DNA of 64,000 nucleotides. It comes from Sminthopsis crassicaudata. Its lineage: Eukaryota. The notes under the pieces were generated by a model, which saw only the letters and a program-made list of their open reading frames with translations, ran no database searches and had not been told where the DNA came from. The position numbers were made by a program, and so were the translations under genes. Shown in pieces: positions 60,440 through 64,000 of the stretch. Each line of letters opens with the position of its first letter. Within the stretch, counting starts at the first letter, position 1. The DNA is taken from contig NC_133623.1 of the NCBI RefSeq assembly GCF_048593235.1, positions 57,626,066 to 57,690,065 on the forward strand, read 5' to 3'.

Positions 60440-60862
60440 GGCGTTCTCTTTTCAGTTAATGTAGTATAACATAACTCGGACCAATCAGATGCAGAAGGGG
60501 AGCAAGTAGCTTCAGGCAATGCAGTGGCTCCCTTGCAGTGTTGGGAATGAGGGCTATGGATTCCCAAAAGAAACGGATCCTAGTGTCTCAGCAAACAGGA
60601 GCTTGAAGAGGACTTCCCCAAGGGAGAAAAGGATTTCCAAGAACCTGGAATTAGGGGTAACCTTCTTGCCACCAATGTTCCCTACATGTGTCTCCTGACC
60701 TTGGTGGTGTTATACTTGAGCCCGCTGTCCTCAGGGACCTTGATATGCAGGAAGACTGTGAGTCACTAGTTTGAGATGAGCAGTTAGCACAGTGCCTGGT
60801 ACATGGTCAGTGCTTAGTAAAATCTATTACAACTCTGCCATATACTTTAGCAAATATCTTTT

Positions 60863-61033
60863 TATTTTTCTTTCTTTAAAAAAATTTTTTTTTCCTGCTG
60901 AGGCAGTTGGGGTTAAGTGACTTGCCCAGGGTCACACAGCTAGGAAGTGTTAAGTGTCTGAGGCCAGATTTGAACTCGGGTCCTCCTGACTGCAGGGCTG
61001 GAGCTCTGTCCACTGCGCCACCCAGTGCCCTGT
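60863..61033 (-). mobile_element. Marsupial SINE (WSINE1/SINE-1-like) with TSD
   Basis: Full SINE body in reverse; TSD AAATATCTTTT at 60852-60862 and 61034-61044. Confidence 0.9.
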
Positions 61034-62679
61034 AAATATCTTTTACAAAAGCTTATAAAAGTTTGCTTGGCAAATTGCTAACGGGAAGCACACTGGCTGG
61101 GGCTTGCGAACAGTGCTGTCCCTGACAGTCTTGAAAGGAGCCAGTCAACCTCTGGAGACCAAGCATTCCCAGAGCAAGTGCGGAGGTAGTGTGGAGGTAG
61201 GAAAGGGGAATGGGGGGCGTATTCTTCATTCTAATTTCTAACTTTGCATTCTGGGCTTCTCCACTCACCTCCTAGTACCTCCCCCCCAAATCCTTGAAGA
61301 CCTAGCTACAGTTTCACAGGGGGATGGCCTGTACTTGCCATATGGGCAGACCATATTTTGGTCTGATCCTCAGATTTCCCTACCAAGTGGAGGCAGCCAG
61401 CCCTCCTTCCTTCCTCTTCTACCCAACTGGCCCCAAATTACTCCTCAATCCCTTGGCTCCACCTTCAGACCCTTCCCTCCCTCCAGCTCGCCATCCACAT
61501 CTCCTGCTTACTGGCCTTTTCGCCAAGTCTGCCCCGTTTTGTGTAGCTTCCTTGCACCCTTCTGCTCCGGAGGCCTCTGTTAATCCCTGATGGTCCGGCC
61601 TCTTCAGGCAAGGCTATGGGCCTTTATGCTTGTTCCCTTCTCCATTATACCAGCCTCCTTCTGTAGTGCGTTCAAGTTTTGCCTCAGTCTCCCCAGTCTA
61701 CCAGTGGGACAGGACCTCTCGCAGCCATCTTGCCAGAGGATGCTGTCATTCTTGCTGCGGCTCCTTCTGCTTCTGGCCCTTTTTGTCCCTCCCCACGTAG
61801 GCCACAGTTGGGTGTGTTTGCCACCCAGGGGCAGAGGTCTCCACTAGCCAAGGTACAGAATTGGAAAGGGAGAGGCCATAATTGTTCCACCGGTCCTTTT
61901 GCTGAAAGAATACGGAAGATCCCTTCCTCGGCCACAATCCTTCAGTGGGCCCCGTGACCCCATCCCTGGGGGTTGCAGTAGAACTGTCCCTGAGCTCTGG
62001 CCAGTCCTGGGAAAAAGCTCAGTGCTGAAGGACTGGTGGCTTTTGGGGTGGCGGAACCGTCCCCTTACTGAGGCTGAGCAGGACTGACTTGGAGCTTTTG
62101 GAAACAGAGCCCGGCACAGCCTCTGCATCTCTCTGGGGAGCGGTCACAAAGGCAGCCGAGGCAGCCACATAAAGAGAAGTTCTGAGCTGAAAGTTGTCCA
62201 GCTTTGGGGATGACTCTGTGAGTTTGAGGGGCCGGGGGATTCTGGGTCCCTTAGTCAAAGCTGCAATGGGAGACTTAATATTAGAGAGGATGAACTCTCA
62301 AATGGGCTGAGCAAAGACACAAACCTGGAAAGTGTTACTTAGATAGCACAGAGCTGAGACGAAATGTAAAATGACAAGTATTAACTCCCTAGGAGAGTAT
62401 AAAAGTAGTTATGTAAAAGTGGTTACTGGGTGACCTTTTAAGTCTTCGTTAATGTGTGGAGGGAATAATAGCTGATTTATAACCGCACTCTGGGTACATT
62501 TCCACTCCAGACATGGGATAAAACTTAAGCTTTAAATAATTTCCCATGAGTCAAGGGAATGGGACATGGGATGCAGAGTGTGAGACGAAAGAGGGAAATC
62601 CCCTTTTCTGTAGGTGGGCAGGCTCCCCCAGGGCAGCGAGGTGGCCCAGATTCTAAGGAGGACCTTAGTCTCAGAGCCT

Positions 62680-62830
62680 TACTGGCCATGTGACCTTAGG
62701 AAAGTCATTTTACCCAGTTTGCCTCAGTTATCTGTAAGGTGGGCTGGAGAAGGAAATGGCCAATCACTGCAGTCTCTCTGCCAAGAAAACCCAGATGGGG
62801 TCGTGGAGATTGGACATGAATGAAAAATGC
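62680..62830 (+). mobile_element. Mar1-like CORE-SINE fragment
   Basis: GTGACCTTAGGAAAGTCA...GGAGAAGGAAATGGCCAATCACTGCAGTCTCTCTGCCAAGAAAACCC. Confidence 0.7.
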
Positions 62831-64000
62831 CTCATGCACAACAGGCTCCCCCAGGACTGAACCTCATCATCGCTCATTCCCGAGGCCAGAGCTGAGAGGG
62901 CCCTTCAGTGCACCCTTGGTCTGACAACAGTTACTTTTGTTACACTGGAGTTTTCACAAGCTGGGCTGCTTTAGGGCCTCCATCTGGCCAGGAGAGGGTG
63001 GTCCTGCTGCCCTAAATTGGGCTGGGAGGGAATGCCTTCCACGCCCTTGGGCTCTGGGGTGCTTTGGATCAGGCCTCCCCTGGAGCTTGGAGATGTAGGT
63101 AGAAGAAGGATCTTTGGGCTCCGACTTATGTCCTCTCTGGAGAGAAATGAAAAGCAGCTCAAAGTCAGGGGGGTTTTAGTTACATCTGGATGGGAAAGTC
63201 AAGGGCAGAGGCTGGAAGTCGGGGGTGTTAGAGGTGGGGACGGGAGAGTCATGTCCCTCGGAACCATGTTTGATGTTTGTTGGAAGGCGGCGCCCCTGCC
63301 ATGGGCTTGGAGGGACTGAGAATCAGGGACTGATTGGAGGCAAAGGAAGGTTTCCAAACCAGAGTCAGAGAGAGACCTGGGACAGGGACCTGGATTTGGG
63401 TCAGCAGGAAGAAGCCTGTTCAGGGACAGATTAAATACCCAGGAACTCTTCTTCACTGTCTGGGCTGCTCTGTGTTCCAAAGGAACTTGGCTTCCAGGGC
63501 CAGGACCTGGCAGTGAGAGAACTCTTGCTCAAGGAGGGAAATCGGCCTTCCCTAGTCTCAGGGCTGGGTTGTCTTTCCCTTGAAAAGCGCTAACAGAGTT
63601 CTGGGGTCCAGAAAAACCTATGGCAGAGCCTCCATGTGTGGGTATGGCCACTGGGAAGCACAGAAGGGAGAACAGAAGCACTGACAGATGATGCCATTGT
63701 TCCCTTAGCAGGGGAGAGTGTGCAGCCTGGCTAACTGTGTCCCTGTGGTCCCCAGGTGTATGTCTCTCCACAGCTGCCCCAGATGTTCCCTCCAGATGTG
63801 TTCTCACCCATTATCCCTGCCCGTGTCTGCTCCTTCTGCTGATGGCGTGTTTGGGAGAGAGGATCCCCCAGTTTATGGGGAATGTGCTTTTGCTCCTTTG
63901 CTCCCCGTGCTACAGTACTTGCTTTTGCTTTGAGCTAATTGCATTCTGTAGATGACTAGTAAAGGAAGAGCATCAGTGGGGGCTCCTGGGATTTGGCTCT

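Overview
Vertebrate genomic DNA, inferred to be marsupial (probably dasyurid) from its SINE, L1 and hAT repeats. Gene order matches the human 19q13.2 block: ITPKC (+), ACTMAP/C19orf54 (-), SNRPA (+), MIA (+), RAB4B (+), EGLN2 (+), then a CYP2T-like P450 (-). After ~52 kb the window is AT-richer, repeat-dominated (L2, L3/CR1, MIR/Mar1, hAT MITE) and has two N gaps. I rebuilt exon structures by hand from GT-AG sites and phase continuity; gene identities rest on my recall of the mammalian proteins, not on a database search. Most long ORFs in the supplied track are artefacts of GC-rich or repetitive DNA. No wholly new system is demonstrable. The best leads are: a CYP2T with intact exons 3-9 but a frameshifted exon 2; an overlapping uORF at the EGLN2 start; a 741-aa repetitive ITPKC N-terminus; the conserved U1A PIE plus U1 site; a U12 intron in ACTMAP; a probable horizontally acquired OC1-like hAT MITE; and several structured minisatellites.
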